IMG/VR virus record: IMGVR_UViG_3300024520_000047
Coordinates: 1-64,000 of that record
DNA: 64,000 bases
Reading direction: 5' to 3' (one strand)
Part shown: positions 8,301 to 18,118 of the stretch, in pieces
Layout: the number at the start of each line of letters is the position of its first letter
Numbering within the stretch: the first letter of the stretch is position 1
Position numbers and translations under genes: made by a program
The notes under the pieces: generated by a model
Databases searched by the model: none
The model's input: the letters and a program-made list of their open reading frames with translations, nothing else
What the model was told of the DNA's origin: nothing

Positions 8301-11300
8301 CCTTGTATTCTCTTTCTTCCTGTTGGTGCCTCATTATTATATACTATATCCTCCACTACATAATTTACAAATAACTCTAACAATTCACCATCATTCAACA
8401 CATATCCATCATCATCCACTATCTGTTCATTCCTATTAGTCCAATAGGGTAGGACTTCACCAGATGCAGCGTTGTCTATAAGTTTTATTACATCCCCTAC
8501 CTTTAATGTAGGTCTACTTATCGGTTGGGATTCTTCATTTAAAATTTCTTCTTCCTCTCTTTTAAAACCAGGACGGAATATCCATTCATCTCCTACTTCA
8601 TAAATAATCTTAGTAGTCATTGTCCATAACCCCTTCCTTTTCCCTTTCTCATCCCAATTCTCCACTTCCCACCTTTCTTTCTCATCGTCCCAATAGGGAA
8701 ATCTACCACTCATAGGTTCAATGTGATAACTAAGTTTCCCTTTAGTGCGAGGTTCCCTAACTCTTTTTATTACCTTATAAGGTATAAAAGTCTCTGGTTC
8801 ATTCTCATGGGTACCATCTACATGTAAAACAATAATCTCATCTCCTTCTTCTAAGTCTGGACTAGGATTTTTTTGTCTTTCTTCCTGTAGGTGAGCAATG
8901 GATGGCTCGTACTTACCTATTTTTAACCACTTATGTCCATTTACTATCATATCCTGATGTAAATTGGCATCGTTAAAGTCTACAAGTAAATCGAGCCTCA
9001 TTACTACATACCCATATACTTGTCTCTTATCCCAGCCTTTATCCCCCTCACCTGTCACTATCCATCCTTCAGCACTTCCATCGTGCCATAATGGGGTTAA
9101 CACCACATACTCATCCCATAAGTTAAGATAACTATCCTTGTCTGTCTTCTCTATTATTTTAATCATATCTCCCGGTTCCAATGGGGGACTAATCTCTCGT
9201 TCCTCTTGTTCTTGTAATACATCACCCCTCAATTTACGTTTGGCGTTGTCTTTGTACTTCGCTCTTTCTTCATCAGATAATTCTACCTTTAACCATTGGT
9301 GGTCACGGTCACGACTTAAGACTTTTAAGTGACGATGGAGGTGACCTGGTAATCCTGGTGTGTCTTGGAACTTTTCCAAATACCCACTCTGTTGTAATTT
9401 ATACAGGTCCTCTATGGTAATAACAATATAATCTCCTTCTTTTTTTGGGGTCCCATATGAAGGATGCCATACCCAATACAATGCAAATGGTGTGGGCGTA
9501 CCGAAAGGCGTTTGTTCTTTTCTTTCTGGTATATCTATAGGTCGTATGATGTCTCCAGATTTTAAAACAGGACTCACTTCTTCTTCCCTTTGTTCCCGTA
9601 ATGTTTTCTTAATATCTTTATTTGTATCAGTTTTTACAATTTCTTTGAACTTATCCAAATAAACTATTCTATCCGAATCTACATTTATTAATTGAGTATT
9701 TGGGGTTAGGTATTTATCTTTAACTTTAATATAGTATACACCATCATCCTTTATACCCAAATCACTTATGAAACCATCAATATAATTTTCATCGTCTATG
9801 CTCTGAGACAATAACCCCTTTAACCCATTCTTAGTTAATTCAGTTGATGGGTCACCTTTGTTTTCATCAGGTTTTTCTTTTGTTGCCTCATACTTCTCTA
9901 AGTATTGGTCTAGTGCTTTAGTGGGCTCTCTCCAATCGGGGTCTTCTTTACCTACTTCATTTCTACCCACTATATTATTGATGAGCATATAGATGGGTGC
10001 ATGTAAAAGTATATTATGCTTAATATTTGGAACGTACTTCAAAATATCATTAGTGACATCATCAAAAATTACCTTATTCCACTTTCCAGTCTTAAACTCT
10101 TGTGCCATATACCAAGCAGCAGCGTTTGCATTAGGACCACCAACATACTCATTTTCTTTTGGGTTTGGTGGTACATCTTCGCCAGCTTTCCTATAGAGTC
10201 CAGATGTTATTCCAAAATCATGACCCTTTGCCCAATCCCTAATACTTGGTGGGTCAAACGCTAATCTTCTTTCTTCATTTTCAGGAGTGTAACCATTGAA
10301 ATCATCTGATGCAATAATAACCCATTGATTAGGGTCTGTAGCTTTATGAAAAGGTACCGCTTTTAATTCCTTACTTACCCATGATTTACCAGCAGATGAT
10401 GTTCCATCTATTAATATAGTAGATTTATCACTTAATCCTTGTTCTCTTTGTTCCCGTAATGTTTTCTTAATATCTACCCCATGCTTAGGTCCCAATGGTG
10501 GGTCCAATAAAAACTTCTGGTTAAGATAATCTCTTAACAAATTTTCCACAAACCAATCTGGAACTGGTTCATCATCTGGTTGGGCTGCAGCAACATCTGC
10601 AACATATCGTGCAAATTTAAGTTTGTATTTATCCCTAATCATTTCCAGTAATCCATCCGAGACAAAGAAAATTTTACTCAAGGGGTCATCACCCAATGCA
10701 ACATCAGGAATGTAATCCCCTTCAGCAATGTCCATGGCTTTGAGTACTACCTTCCCCCACCATCGTTTATATCCTTTGGTATCTTTAAGTGCTGGAGTAA
10801 CAATTTTATTTAATGCTCGGGTAGCGGTAATCCCCACCGCCGCAAATAAAACCTGAGGTAAAAAGAAAGGAATAATTCTCCATAATGATTTAAAAACCCC
10901 TCTACCGATATCGCTTGCTATTCTTTTATTGGTAGCTGCTTCCACCAATGCTTTAAGTTGACCAAAGGTAATAGGTCCTTGTGCTTTACAAAATCCTTTT
11001 ACATTACAAATATTTTCGGTTACGTCTCTTGATGGTGCAACAAAGCCTGATTCTGGGTCTGTCTCACTTCCTTCATATTCGTACTCATCTTCATAATCAG
11101 TTTCTTCATCGTCATCGGGAATCTCAATTTTTGCTACGTCTTCTTCCCATTCTTCTTCAGTATCATATGGTTGTAACTCTATTGGTTCTAATAGGCCTTG
11201 ACCAAACATATCGGCTGCTTCATGGATGTACTCCTTGGGTGGGAAGTGGTCTGGTCTAGTAGCGCCCTTTACGGTTACATAATTAACCCCTATACCTGTT

Positions 11301-14300
11301 GCATTTAAAAGGTCTGTTATATTCTCCTCTAAAACCTCCACTATCTCTTGTCGTACTTCCTCTTTCAACGCTTCATCTGGTTCATCACTAACGCGATTAG
11401 CACGTGTAAGGTCATCCTCTGACTCGTCCCGTACACTTCTACGTAAACCACATGTTCTACATTCTTCTTCATAGTCACCATCTGACCACCACTGGTGGTC
11501 ATGAAAAATGTCCCACAAAGTATAAGTGTCGTGTCCACCCAAAGCTAAATTGGCCATTCCACCACCATCTACTATTACAAATACCCCTATCTCATCCTCA
11601 ACACTCCACCCTCGTTCTTTCCGGACTTTCTTTTGGTCTACATTCCATGGTAGTTCTTTCTCATCAATAGAAGTAACTACATACTTAAAATCATATCCAC
11701 CATCCCAAACCTCCTGTATTCCTTTTAATTTTTCCTGAGCGACTTCGATGGCTTTCTCTCTCCCTCCATGCCATTCAACCAACCACTCATCTATTATCTT
11801 ATAAAGTCCTCTTTCTTTACGGGTATCTAATCCTAATAATTTAAGTATATGTGGGTCATTATGTGGTCCTTTATTATCCCAATAGTTAAAAAGTGATTCC
11901 TTAAAATGTGCATATATTTTTTTTAGCTGGTTGGGCGATTTCGCTGGGTTAATATTTGGAAAATCGGAGTCTTCATTAAACAACATTTTTTTATGCTCTT
12001 CTTCCTCTAATAATCCTTTAGTCAATGTTCTTTTTTTATCTTCATCAAGTCGGTCATTTTTTCCTGACGCCGTTATCTTACCTGCGTTACGTTTTTCTCT
12101 CCAAAAATTATCTACAACTATTTGGGCTTCATGCCATGTCAAACCCGCGATGTGGGTAATACTTCGTATTGCATCCGTGAACTGTCCTTCTCCAAAAGGA
12201 TAGTATTCATTAGGAACCACCGTAGGGAATTGGGTATCTAACCACTCATAAGCATTTTTAATATGTTCTTCCTTAGATAGGATATCCTCCAACAAGAGAT
12301 TTTGTACCCACTTAATGACAGTGGAATGCAAACTCATTCTTCCAAAAGGAGAACGGTCCCAGGGAATGTACCCATCTCCAGTATAGTCCCAGACATTAGA
12401 TTGACCTGTCCATTGGGGTATCCGCCTATTACTATATAAGATAAATTGAACTTCCTTTAGGAACTGTTTAATACTCGCATCACTAACTCCTCCCACCAGT
12501 TTTTCTCCATGTTCCTTTCCTAGAGTATAGAGGTTATATAATTTTAAAAATTTATCTTTGTAGTTATCATTTAAAAATTGAGTAATCTCTTCGTCAGTAC
12601 GTCTAGAAGAAGTGGATTCGGCTAAACCTTGATAGGTAACATCACTTATCTCACTATCTATTATCTCGTGTTCCCCGTAATCATAGGTATCCACTTCACC
12701 GTTCCAATCATAAAATTCATCACGACCTCTCTCATATGCATCATCTTCATCGAACGCCATAATCTCAACACTTCCTCTTCTATATTCAGTTTGGTCCACC
12801 GTTTCCTCATAGTCGACATTATACCATTTGGGTAACTCTTTGAAGGGAGCTTTTATTTTACTATAATCCCCTAAGTCTTCCGCGAAATCCCAATTATCAG
12901 AGGCCCATTTCGCATACTTGGAGGCGTCCACTCTCTGTTCCATCCCACGTGTACCGGGGCTGGTTTTGATACCAAATAATTTCATTAGGTCTACCCATCG
13001 TTTGGCTAACTGGTTACCCCCATAAGCAAAAGTATTAGTAGAAATATGGGATAACTCATTTCTGGTAAAGGTGGATTTAAGTGTATTTAATATTTTACTC
13101 TCTACGGGAGTAAAGGCACTTCTGTCCATTCCTTCTGCTTCTTCATCGGTCCAACTATCCTTATTTCTATCTTGTTCGGTAAGGGGTTGTTCTTTAATAA
13201 GTTTCTTAATCTCTTCTGCCAATCCTTTATACTCTGCACTGGTGGTCTCATGCTCAAATCTTTCAGAATCTCCATAATCATCTACATCAGTGTTACCACC
13301 CCAATCAAAGAATTCCCTGTTTCCTTTATTCAAGGCATCGTCTTCATCAAAGGCAATTAAATCTACATCTCCGCTTTTAAATTCTACTTGACTTACCGTT
13401 TCTTCATAATTTACATTATACCATTTGGGTAAGACTTTAATTGGTTTGGTTACCTTGGAATAATCCATTTCCCCATCCTCTCCTCTAATCTCCTCATCCC
13501 AATTGTCTAATGCCCATTTTGCGTATTTGGATGCTTCAGCTTTCGGTTCCATCTCTCCCCATCCCTCAGGCATCGTATGCCCGAATAACTTCATAGCATC
13601 TTTCCACCTCTTACCTATATTACCAGAATAAGGATATAAATCCGTACTTGTAGTTATTTGAATCAAGTCCTCTTTAGTAAAATTCTTTGCCAGAAAATTT
13701 AAAATAGCAATTTCTTTTTTGGTGAAAGGACTGTATGAAATGCCTTCGTCTTCTTCTTCCCATTGGTCATCTTCATGAACCTGTTCCTGCAGGGAAGTAC
13801 TTTCTTTACGTAGACTAAATGCTGTGGGGTCGGTTAAATTAGGCTCTTGTGGTTCGGGAATTTCTACATACCCACCAAATCCAACGAAAGCATCGGGTCT
13901 GTATTGTTGTGCAATATTTTCTAACCATTCATTTAATACATAAGGAACTGGTAATAAAACAGCATCTCTATTCCATTCTTTTCTATAATCTATTAATCCC
14001 AACTTAGTTAAACGATGGTCAAACTGAGTTAACTCGTGGTCAAATCCATCATACGGTGAACCGTGAGCATAAATCTCCTCATAGTCATCAGGGTCTTCTA
14101 TTCTTCCTGCCGCAATCTCCTCTGCTATTCCTTTGTAGAAAGATTCCAACTCTTCCAGATGGTTCTTGACGAATTTCTCCACTTCCGATTTTTCATGTCG
14201 GTCTAAATAGTGAATAAAAGTTTCTACAGGTACCTCCAATGCACGGTTGTTAGGTTCTGGGTTATGTTCGGGAGAATTTCTAAAGGATTGTGAATTGGGT

Positions 14301-14485
14301 TCTCTAGTAGGGAGGAGAGGTACCATTCCCTTCATGTGTTCCTTAAGGGTTGTTTTTGTTGGAGAATAGGTACGGTGGGGAAATAAGGGACCTATACTGT
14401 CTTCATATAAATGTAACTTTTTTCTTAAGTCAGTACCCATAAGACCTTGGTCTAATGCATCTTTTATTTCACTTAGTGTCGGCAT
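5366..14485 (-). CDS. giant acidic modular polyprotein P1 (3039 aa): 2 B-repeats, P-loop (CPT-like) kinase module, 9 A-repeats, other modules; LxE linkers
   Basis: Uninterrupted ORF; repeats and linkers visible in translation; IDGTSSAGKS Walker A at ~10380-10420. Confidence 0.9.
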   Translation of the reverse strand: MPTLSEIKDALDQGLMGTDLRKKLHLYEDSIGPLFPHRTYSPTKTTLKEHMKGMVPLLPTREPNSQSFRNSPEHNPEPNNRALEVPVETFIHYLDRHEKSEVEKFVKNHLEELESFYKGIAEEIAAGRIEDPDDYEEIYAHGSPYDGFDHELTQFDHRLTKLGLIDYRKEWNRDAVLLPVPYVLNEWLENIAQQYRPDAFVGFGGYVEIPEPQEPNLTDPTAFSLRKESTSLQEQVHEDDQWEEEDEGISYSPFTKKEIAILNFLAKNFTKEDLIQITTSTDLYPYSGNIGKRWKDAMKLFGHTMPEGWGEMEPKAEASKYAKWALDNWDEEIRGEDGEMDYSKVTKPIKVLPKWYNVNYEETVSQVEFKSGDVDLIAFDEDDALNKGNREFFDWGGNTDVDDYGDSERFEHETTSAEYKGLAEEIKKLIKEQPLTEQDRNKDSWTDEEAEGMDRSAFTPVESKILNTLKSTFTRNELSHISTNTFAYGGNQLAKRWVDLMKLFGIKTSPGTRGMEQRVDASKYAKWASDNWDFAEDLGDYSKIKAPFKELPKWYNVDYEETVDQTEYRRGSVEIMAFDEDDAYERGRDEFYDWNGEVDTYDYGEHEIIDSEISDVTYQGLAESTSSRRTDEEITQFLNDNYKDKFLKLYNLYTLGKEHGEKLVGGVSDASIKQFLKEVQFILYSNRRIPQWTGQSNVWDYTGDGYIPWDRSPFGRMSLHSTVIKWVQNLLLEDILSKEEHIKNAYEWLDTQFPTVVPNEYYPFGEGQFTDAIRSITHIAGLTWHEAQIVVDNFWREKRNAGKITASGKNDRLDEDKKRTLTKGLLEEEEHKKMLFNEDSDFPNINPAKSPNQLKKIYAHFKESLFNYWDNKGPHNDPHILKLLGLDTRKERGLYKIIDEWLVEWHGGREKAIEVAQEKLKGIQEVWDGGYDFKYVVTSIDEKELPWNVDQKKVRKERGWSVEDEIGVFVIVDGGGMANLALGGHDTYTLWDIFHDHQWWSDGDYEEECRTCGLRRSVRDESEDDLTRANRVSDEPDEALKEEVRQEIVEVLEENITDLLNATGIGVNYVTVKGATRPDHFPPKEYIHEAADMFGQGLLEPIELQPYDTEEEWEEDVAKIEIPDDDEETDYEDEYEYEGSETDPESGFVAPSRDVTENICNVKGFCKAQGPITFGQLKALVEAATNKRIASDIGRGVFKSLWRIIPFFLPQVLFAAVGITATRALNKIVTPALKDTKGYKRWWGKVVLKAMDIAEGDYIPDVALGDDPLSKIFFVSDGLLEMIRDKYKLKFARYVADVAAAQPDDEPVPDWFVENLLRDYLNQKFLLDPPLGPKHGVDIKKTLREQREQGLSDKSTILIDGTSSAGKSWVSKELKAVPFHKATDPNQWVIIASDDFNGYTPENEERRLAFDPPSIRDWAKGHDFGITSGLYRKAGEDVPPNPKENEYVGGPNANAAAWYMAQEFKTGKWNKVIFDDVTNDILKYVPNIKHNILLHAPIYMLINNIVGRNEVGKEDPDWREPTKALDQYLEKYEATKEKPDENKGDPSTELTKNGLKGLLSQSIDDENYIDGFISDLGIKDDGVYYIKVKDKYLTPNTQLINVDSDRIVYLDKFKEIVKTDTNKDIKKTLREQREEEVSPVLKSGDIIRPIDIPERKEQTPFGTPTPFALYWVWHPSYGTPKKEGDYIVITIEDLYKLQQSGYLEKFQDTPGLPGHLHRHLKVLSRDRDHQWLKVELSDEERAKYKDNAKRKLRGDVLQEQEEREISPPLEPGDMIKIIEKTDKDSYLNLWDEYVVLTPLWHDGSAEGWIVTGEGDKGWDKRQVYGYVVMRLDLLVDFNDANLHQDMIVNGHKWLKIGKYEPSIAHLQEERQKNPSPDLEEGDEIIVLHVDGTHENEPETFIPYKVIKRVREPRTKGKLSYHIEPMSGRFPYWDDEKERWEVENWDEKGKRKGLWTMTTKIIYEVGDEWIFRPGFKREEEEILNEESQPISRPTLKVGDVIKLIDNAASGEVLPYWTNRNEQIVDDDGYVLNDGELLELFVNYVVEDIVYNNEAPTGRKRIQGDPWKGEIKGDIWGYGISREERKRGRRQEWEKDGKEELKASGPYQWIIVNKEEEILQEQEEKVNPPIDVGDTVTVIAHEDPDVEYMTDDEIKEFMENQDLQDTLEGDWHNFEETAELMGYTRWPGKGWYHKKELNDQNPDLFVPYRIVQKVEIGWKEGDVMRYLLLTLPEVEEHEDEKREIWASGRVKGLDYRWLYPSEEKYIISPPTPKSLQEHQEKVNPYINVGDTITVVAYEDPDVEYMTDDEIKEFMENQEVKDTLQGDWHNYEETAELMGFKWHEGRGWYHRDDIETHTTQPDLFVPYRIIQKTPETEEHGRERAYGKRVEERGKRYLLLPLSEINKWKKSHKKGGYDFRWLYPNEVRYIMSPTPPSLQEQDSKKVEVNPPLKPGDKIKVIDVDEDSDQRREFMNGMQIITSERFPKLYHTYTVIDENEEMKWSTEGRGGGSPRYGWTRGYEGSGLDIDEGTQLLWLLMDKKDEDELLRYTEGRRVGYKVIAPYFDKWVKVEDPEVLQEHTKDKLNPQLMIGDEILVLQHNQPEGASFNPPEIYVPYVVVKIKESIKNNTFNDKYVHYEIERKELTPEEMQADLRAGGGWRRLTHLYPNDTWMLRPDSRGEELNEQSQDKVNPQLMIGDEIMVIESIGWRRKYTTGGRKPDLYEPYVVTAIKFRQPENWEGPDADLKYYEIEPIGLTDEDKRFGTAVNKWMGREKRIYPTDTWIYNPTFRREELNEQDFPFNRDNKKQELDHPKGEPPWSIRRGKQHYAMNVDPTPQEPVTALNNYLVKNSPFNFLGFDYYLSTVPGNMPGEARIDVYVPVLDDSVTADNIWKDILKFYKKKEEYDDWGNDIVGKLDDPYSMEEIPMRDIGYHAKWPDFYRYEEDFAELHPEAVEDYNRRDSDYINPDGKVYETSWRERFNTLKDEMKELAKLFGLENAVINRDPGHPWKRQQDSYGSQDIRPGTDIPYSWPRESDEIEWDEE
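6395..6736. repeat. 24-bp direct repeat at starts of A-repeats 8 and 9 (encodes QLMIGDEI)
   Basis: tatctcatctcctatcattaattg at 6395-6418 and 6713-6736. Confidence 0.85.
7380..8140. repeat. recent tandem duplication of A-repeats 5 and 6
   Basis: ~7480-7620 and ~7950-8090 near-identical; both encode EDPDVEYMTDDEIKEFMENQ...DTL.GDWHN.EETAELMG. Confidence 0.9.
9588..10475. repeat. perfect 30-bp direct repeat flanking the P-loop kinase module
   Basis: ctttgttcccgtaatgttttcttaatatct at 9588-9617 and 10446-10475; both lie in DIKKTLREQRE linkers. Confidence 0.95.
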
Positions 14486-15807
14486 TAAGAAGTATATTTA
14501 TCTAATGCCTCTTGTGCTTGACGGCCTCTTTTATTTTGGTTTACTCTACTTTGATTACTGGGTCTTTCAAAATTTACCATAAAAGAAGCGCCCGCATCTG
14601 ATGCATTGGTCGTTGTTAATAAAGCATTATATGCTTTTTTCTCTTTTCCTTGGAGTTCACTCCATAAATATTCTAATTGTGCGTCGGGGTCGGTAATAGG
14701 TTTTTGTTGTTTTTTCGCAAAGTCATTTAATCTATATAGTCTAGTGTCATGCCATTGTGCGAGCCCCATAGACGTTCCTCTGTCTCCAATAGTACCCGTC
14801 TTAAAATTAGACTCAGATTTCATATTACCCGCAATTCCCGCCGCTTGTTCGGGGGTCAAACCTTTATTAATAAAAAATTTAATGACGTGATTAGAATCTA
14901 TTTGTTGATTACCGGGGTATTTTTTCCCTTTCAAAGGTAATATAAAATTAGCGTCAGGTTCTATTACACCTTTTCTTTCTAATTTTTGTACTGTAGTGGG
15001 GTCATTTATCTCGGGATTGAGATTAATTTTCTTGGGGTCTTTCATCGCTCCCAACACATCAGGGGTTATCATATCAGTAATCTTAAAACCATAATCTTTC
15101 TGAAATGCATTCACCGCTGCTAAAGTTTCGGGACCAAATTTCCCATCTATGCCAAACTTAGGTAATATATAATTTCTCGCAATTAAATCTATTTGCATTT
15201 CTTTTACCTTATCCCTAACATTCCTTCTTCCCCTTCTCATTCCATCTGATAAAGTAAGATTACCTTGTGGTATATTTTGAATTTCTATTTTTTCTTTTGG
15301 TTTTCTTCCTATTCTTTTAATAGTTACACCATCTAAGTAAGGTACAGGGTCAGTAGTAGAACTCCCTTTAGCTTTATCATACACTTCATAATGTAGATGT
15401 GCTCCAGTAGATGAACCGGGACAGTAGTCTCTTTTTCCTCCTCCAGATAATCCAATAACTTGTCCTTTACTTACCGATTCACCTTTGTTAACCCGGATAT
15501 CTTTAATGTGACAATAACGTGTTTTCAATCCTGCACCATGGTCAATGTATATATTACCACCACACGCCCCCTTGGTACATTGAGCTTTAATAATCACACC
15601 ATCTGCTGGGGATAATACTTCGGTTCCACTTTTTGCGTTAATATCTACCCCATGGTGTTGTCTCGTTTTTTTAGTAATGGGATGCACTCTTATACCATAG
15701 GGACTGCTAATTTTAAGACGGCCAGCCAATGGTGGCCCTAAACTAACTTCTACCTCTTCATTTAATAGAATTCTATTTAATTGTTTTTCAGTTATTAATA
15801 TTTTCAT
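14485..15807 (-). CDS. M23 peptidase + peptidoglycan-binding domain + phage-tail-type lysozyme
   Basis: HHGVD (HxxxD) and HLH of M23; DGKFGPETLAAVNAFQ PG-binding; AAGIAGNMKSES...GLAQW tail-lysozyme motif; leader MKILITE...ILLNEE. Confidence 0.9.
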   Translation of the reverse strand: MKILITEKQLNRILLNEEVEVSLGPPLAGRLKISSPYGIRVHPITKKTRQHHGVDINAKSGTEVLSPADGVIIKAQCTKGACGGNIYIDHGAGLKTRYCHIKDIRVNKGESVSKGQVIGLSGGGKRDYCPGSSTGAHLHYEVYDKAKGSSTTDPVPYLDGVTIKRIGRKPKEKIEIQNIPQGNLTLSDGMRRGRRNVRDKVKEMQIDLIARNYILPKFGIDGKFGPETLAAVNAFQKDYGFKITDMITPDVLGAMKDPKKINLNPEINDPTTVQKLERKGVIEPDANFILPLKGKKYPGNQQIDSNHVIKFFINKGLTPEQAAGIAGNMKSESNFKTGTIGDRGTSMGLAQWHDTRLYRLNDFAKKQQKPITDPDAQLEYLWSELQGKEKKAYNALLTTTNASDAGASFMVNFERPSNQSRVNQNKRGRQAQEALDKYTS

Positions 15808-15817
15808 CTATTTTTTT

Positions 15818-17125
15818 TTAACACTCTCGACGCCTGGGGTTATATCTGTCGTCATTATATTGAGTTCCTCTATGGTCACTCCATACTAATTTTCCGTCTA
15901 TCCTAATCTCATCCCATTCTTCATCACCTAAATAATCAGTATCCGTCGTCTCTATATATTCCGTTTCTGGGTCATATTCCCACCAATTAGTCTCTGCGTC
16001 ACATATTGCAGATTGGAAATTGGTGTCCTCTATATTTATGGTACTTACTTTTAATACCGTATCCCGTTCAGTAAAAGTTCTACTAACCTGATAGTCAATA
16101 ATAGGTGGTAAGGTTTGACCAATATATTCTTCAAAGTGTGTAGGAATATTGTTATCCCAAATAAATTGGACATATTGTTTAGCTAAGTTCTCCGCCTCTA
16201 CACCTGAGATACCAAATAGTTTTAAAATTACATCTAACTCTAGTTCATCTGGGTGTAGGTGTAACATCTCCCTAATGCTATCGGGAGAATATTCTCTGAC
16301 AATTTGTCTCATTACTCGGGCATCTAACTCAGTGAGGGTGTTGTCTTTCCCTATTTTTTTATCCACCTCACTTTCCCTTAACAACTTTTGTTCCTCTGAC
16401 ATTTTGTCACTCTCCTGTAAAAAATGAATTTGTTTTTCAATCATTTTCTTTGCTACCTCCAAAGATTTAATCTCTGACAAGTTGACAGGTATGTTAAAGG
16501 GTCCCTTATGTAACGCAGGTTTTAATACAGTTTTCTTTAATTTATTTTTGTCAGGGGAATTGTAGGTTTCTTCTTCGTCTGGACTTCTATCAGATAAATG
16601 CACATTTCCAAATTTATGTACAAGGTCAAATCCATCACCCTTGAATAGGTCAGTGGTTCCTAGATTCTCAGAGCCCGCTAAACAAAAGTATTCACCATCT
16701 TCTGGGTCTTCACAAAAAGTACGGTCTTCGTTTTCATATATTTCTCTTCTGTCATACCCAAATTTCTTTACTAATTGTCCTGCGACTGCATTTGCTTCAT
16801 CTTCAATTTCTCCCCCAATGTCTTTGGGTAAATTATTTATATCAATTCGTCCATCCTCTAACTGTTTATGATGAACTAATTCATGTGCAATACTTCTTAA
16901 AATATCAGCTACAGCTCTATTTTTTCCGTATACTTTTACTGAATTGTCTTTTAAATTATAAGATGCTAGGGTAGTGAGGTCATTTCTATTGTCCACCACT
17001 TCACAATTGGTAGGCATAGAATATCCAAGTTCTTGTTTACAAAAGTCAACAAAATCTTGGACTACTTCGTCTCTATTAATATCTTTTAATTGTTCTTGAA
17101 TAATATTTTTAAGATTAATTTCCAT
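15818..17125 (-). CDS. HExxH zincin-like module + divergent B-repeat, LxE-delimited
   Basis: IAHELVHHKQ...EDEANA; linkers IIQEQ, IYENE, FLQES, LLRES. Confidence 0.75.
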   Translation of the reverse strand: MEINLKNIIQEQLKDINRDEVVQDFVDFCKQELGYSMPTNCEVVDNRNDLTTLASYNLKDNSVKVYGKNRAVADILRSIAHELVHHKQLEDGRIDINNLPKDIGGEIEDEANAVAGQLVKKFGYDRREIYENEDRTFCEDPEDGEYFCLAGSENLGTTDLFKGDGFDLVHKFGNVHLSDRSPDEEETYNSPDKNKLKKTVLKPALHKGPFNIPVNLSEIKSLEVAKKMIEKQIHFLQESDKMSEEQKLLRESEVDKKIGKDNTLTELDARVMRQIVREYSPDSIREMLHLHPDELELDVILKLFGISGVEAENLAKQYVQFIWDNNIPTHFEEYIGQTLPPIIDYQVSRTFTERDTVLKVSTINIEDTNFQSAICDAETNWWEYDPETEYIETTDTDYLGDEEWDEIRIDGKLVWSDHRGTQYNDDRYNPRRREC

Positions 17126-17129
17126 TATA

Positions 17130-17137
17130 TATAAATA
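17130..17137 (-). promoter_or_regulatory. TATTTAT motif (candidate phage late promoter), representative copy
   Basis: TATTTAT lies ~4-20 nt before starts at 17125, 27368, 27743, 42491, 48736, 49333, 50188, 50224, 54382, 55541, 56602, 58370; reverse complement of the T4 late TATAAATA. Confidence 0.5.
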
Positions 17138-17163
17138 CTATTCAATACAAGAATAGTGAAGTG

Positions 17164-17616
17164 TCATTTAACCTTATCATGAAACACTACCCCAATTTGA
17201 TTGTTTGGGTGTAGCATCATAAATGTAATATTCTCATCCATCATTATTACTATATCACTATGAGAAAAAATAGAATTATATTCGTACCTATATATTGTAC
17301 CTAAACTATCACTAATACTTTGGTGAGGGCCCTTTAATTTAAATACCCTATAACTAGATTCGTCAAAAAACTCTTGGTGTGAACTTGAAAACAATGTTAA
17401 GATTTTATCGTCTTGAGACGATATAATTAAAATACTGTCTAATAAAGTTATATGGGATTTAACATTCCATTTTTTTAAAGATTTTCCATCTATCGAGACC
17501 AGTTCCGCTACTTTCCACGTACGTTTTATTTGTGCGTTACTATCTAACGCACATAATAACGCTAACCCCATCATTAACATATACCAACACCAGATTTGCC
17601 ATTTAGGTCGCTCCAT
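17164..17616 (-). CDS. secreted/membrane-anchored hypothetical protein
   Basis: N-terminal hydrophobic stretch ending SNA-Q. Confidence 0.65.
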   Translation of the reverse strand: MERPKWQIWCWYMLMMGLALLCALDSNAQIKRTWKVAELVSIDGKSLKKWNVKSHITLLDSILIISSQDDKILTLFSSSHQEFFDESSYRVFKLKGPHQSISDSLGTIYRYEYNSIFSHSDIVIMMDENITFMMLHPNNQIGVVFHDKVK

Positions 17617-17827
17617 CTATTTCTTGTTTTTAGGTGTTTTAGACTGTGTGTCACCACCCAATAAAATATTTAATCCTATAAGAATTAATATACTTAATAT
17701 TATAAATTTAATTATTTTCATTTTTATTTTCTTATTTTATTCATCTTTATTTTGCCATTGTCGATTAACAATTATTGTTACAGTAAATGCAATGTAACAT
17801 AATAAAGTGATTTCTATTATTTCTATA

Positions 17828-18103
17828 TTACTCATCTTCGGTCATATCTTCAATACTTGCTCCAAAATTTGGTAAATCTAAAACTTCACCTTTATCTTTG
17901 GATAGTATAGTTTTTATTTGTGTCGTTAGAGCCTTTATTTCATCTTCGTTTTGGTTTAATACCCATTCTTTTATATGAGTTCTTTTTGTTCTACAATATA
18001 TGTCTATGTGGTTATCCAATAGATACTTCTCAATAAGGTCTGTTTGTTTGTATTGTTCAACCGTAAGTTTTACTGTCAATTCACTTTTCTTTTCTTTACT
18101 CAT
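17828..18103 (-). CDS. hypothetical protein (start moved to MSKEKK)
   Basis: ATG at 18101-18103 in junction element; track extension KTKTK is the element read in frame. Confidence 0.7.
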   Translation of the reverse strand: MSKEKKSELTVKLTVEQYKQTDLIEKYLLDNHIDIYCRTKRTHIKEWVLNQNEDEIKALTTQIKTILSKDKGEVLDLPNFGASIEDMTEDE

Positions 18104-18118
18104 CTTTGTTTTGGTTTT
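17940..18118 (-). repeat. gene-junction element cluster 2
   Basis: 18096-18117 at ORF boundary; 17940-17959 (TTAAACCAAAACGAAGATGA) inside ORF 17828. Confidence 0.8.
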
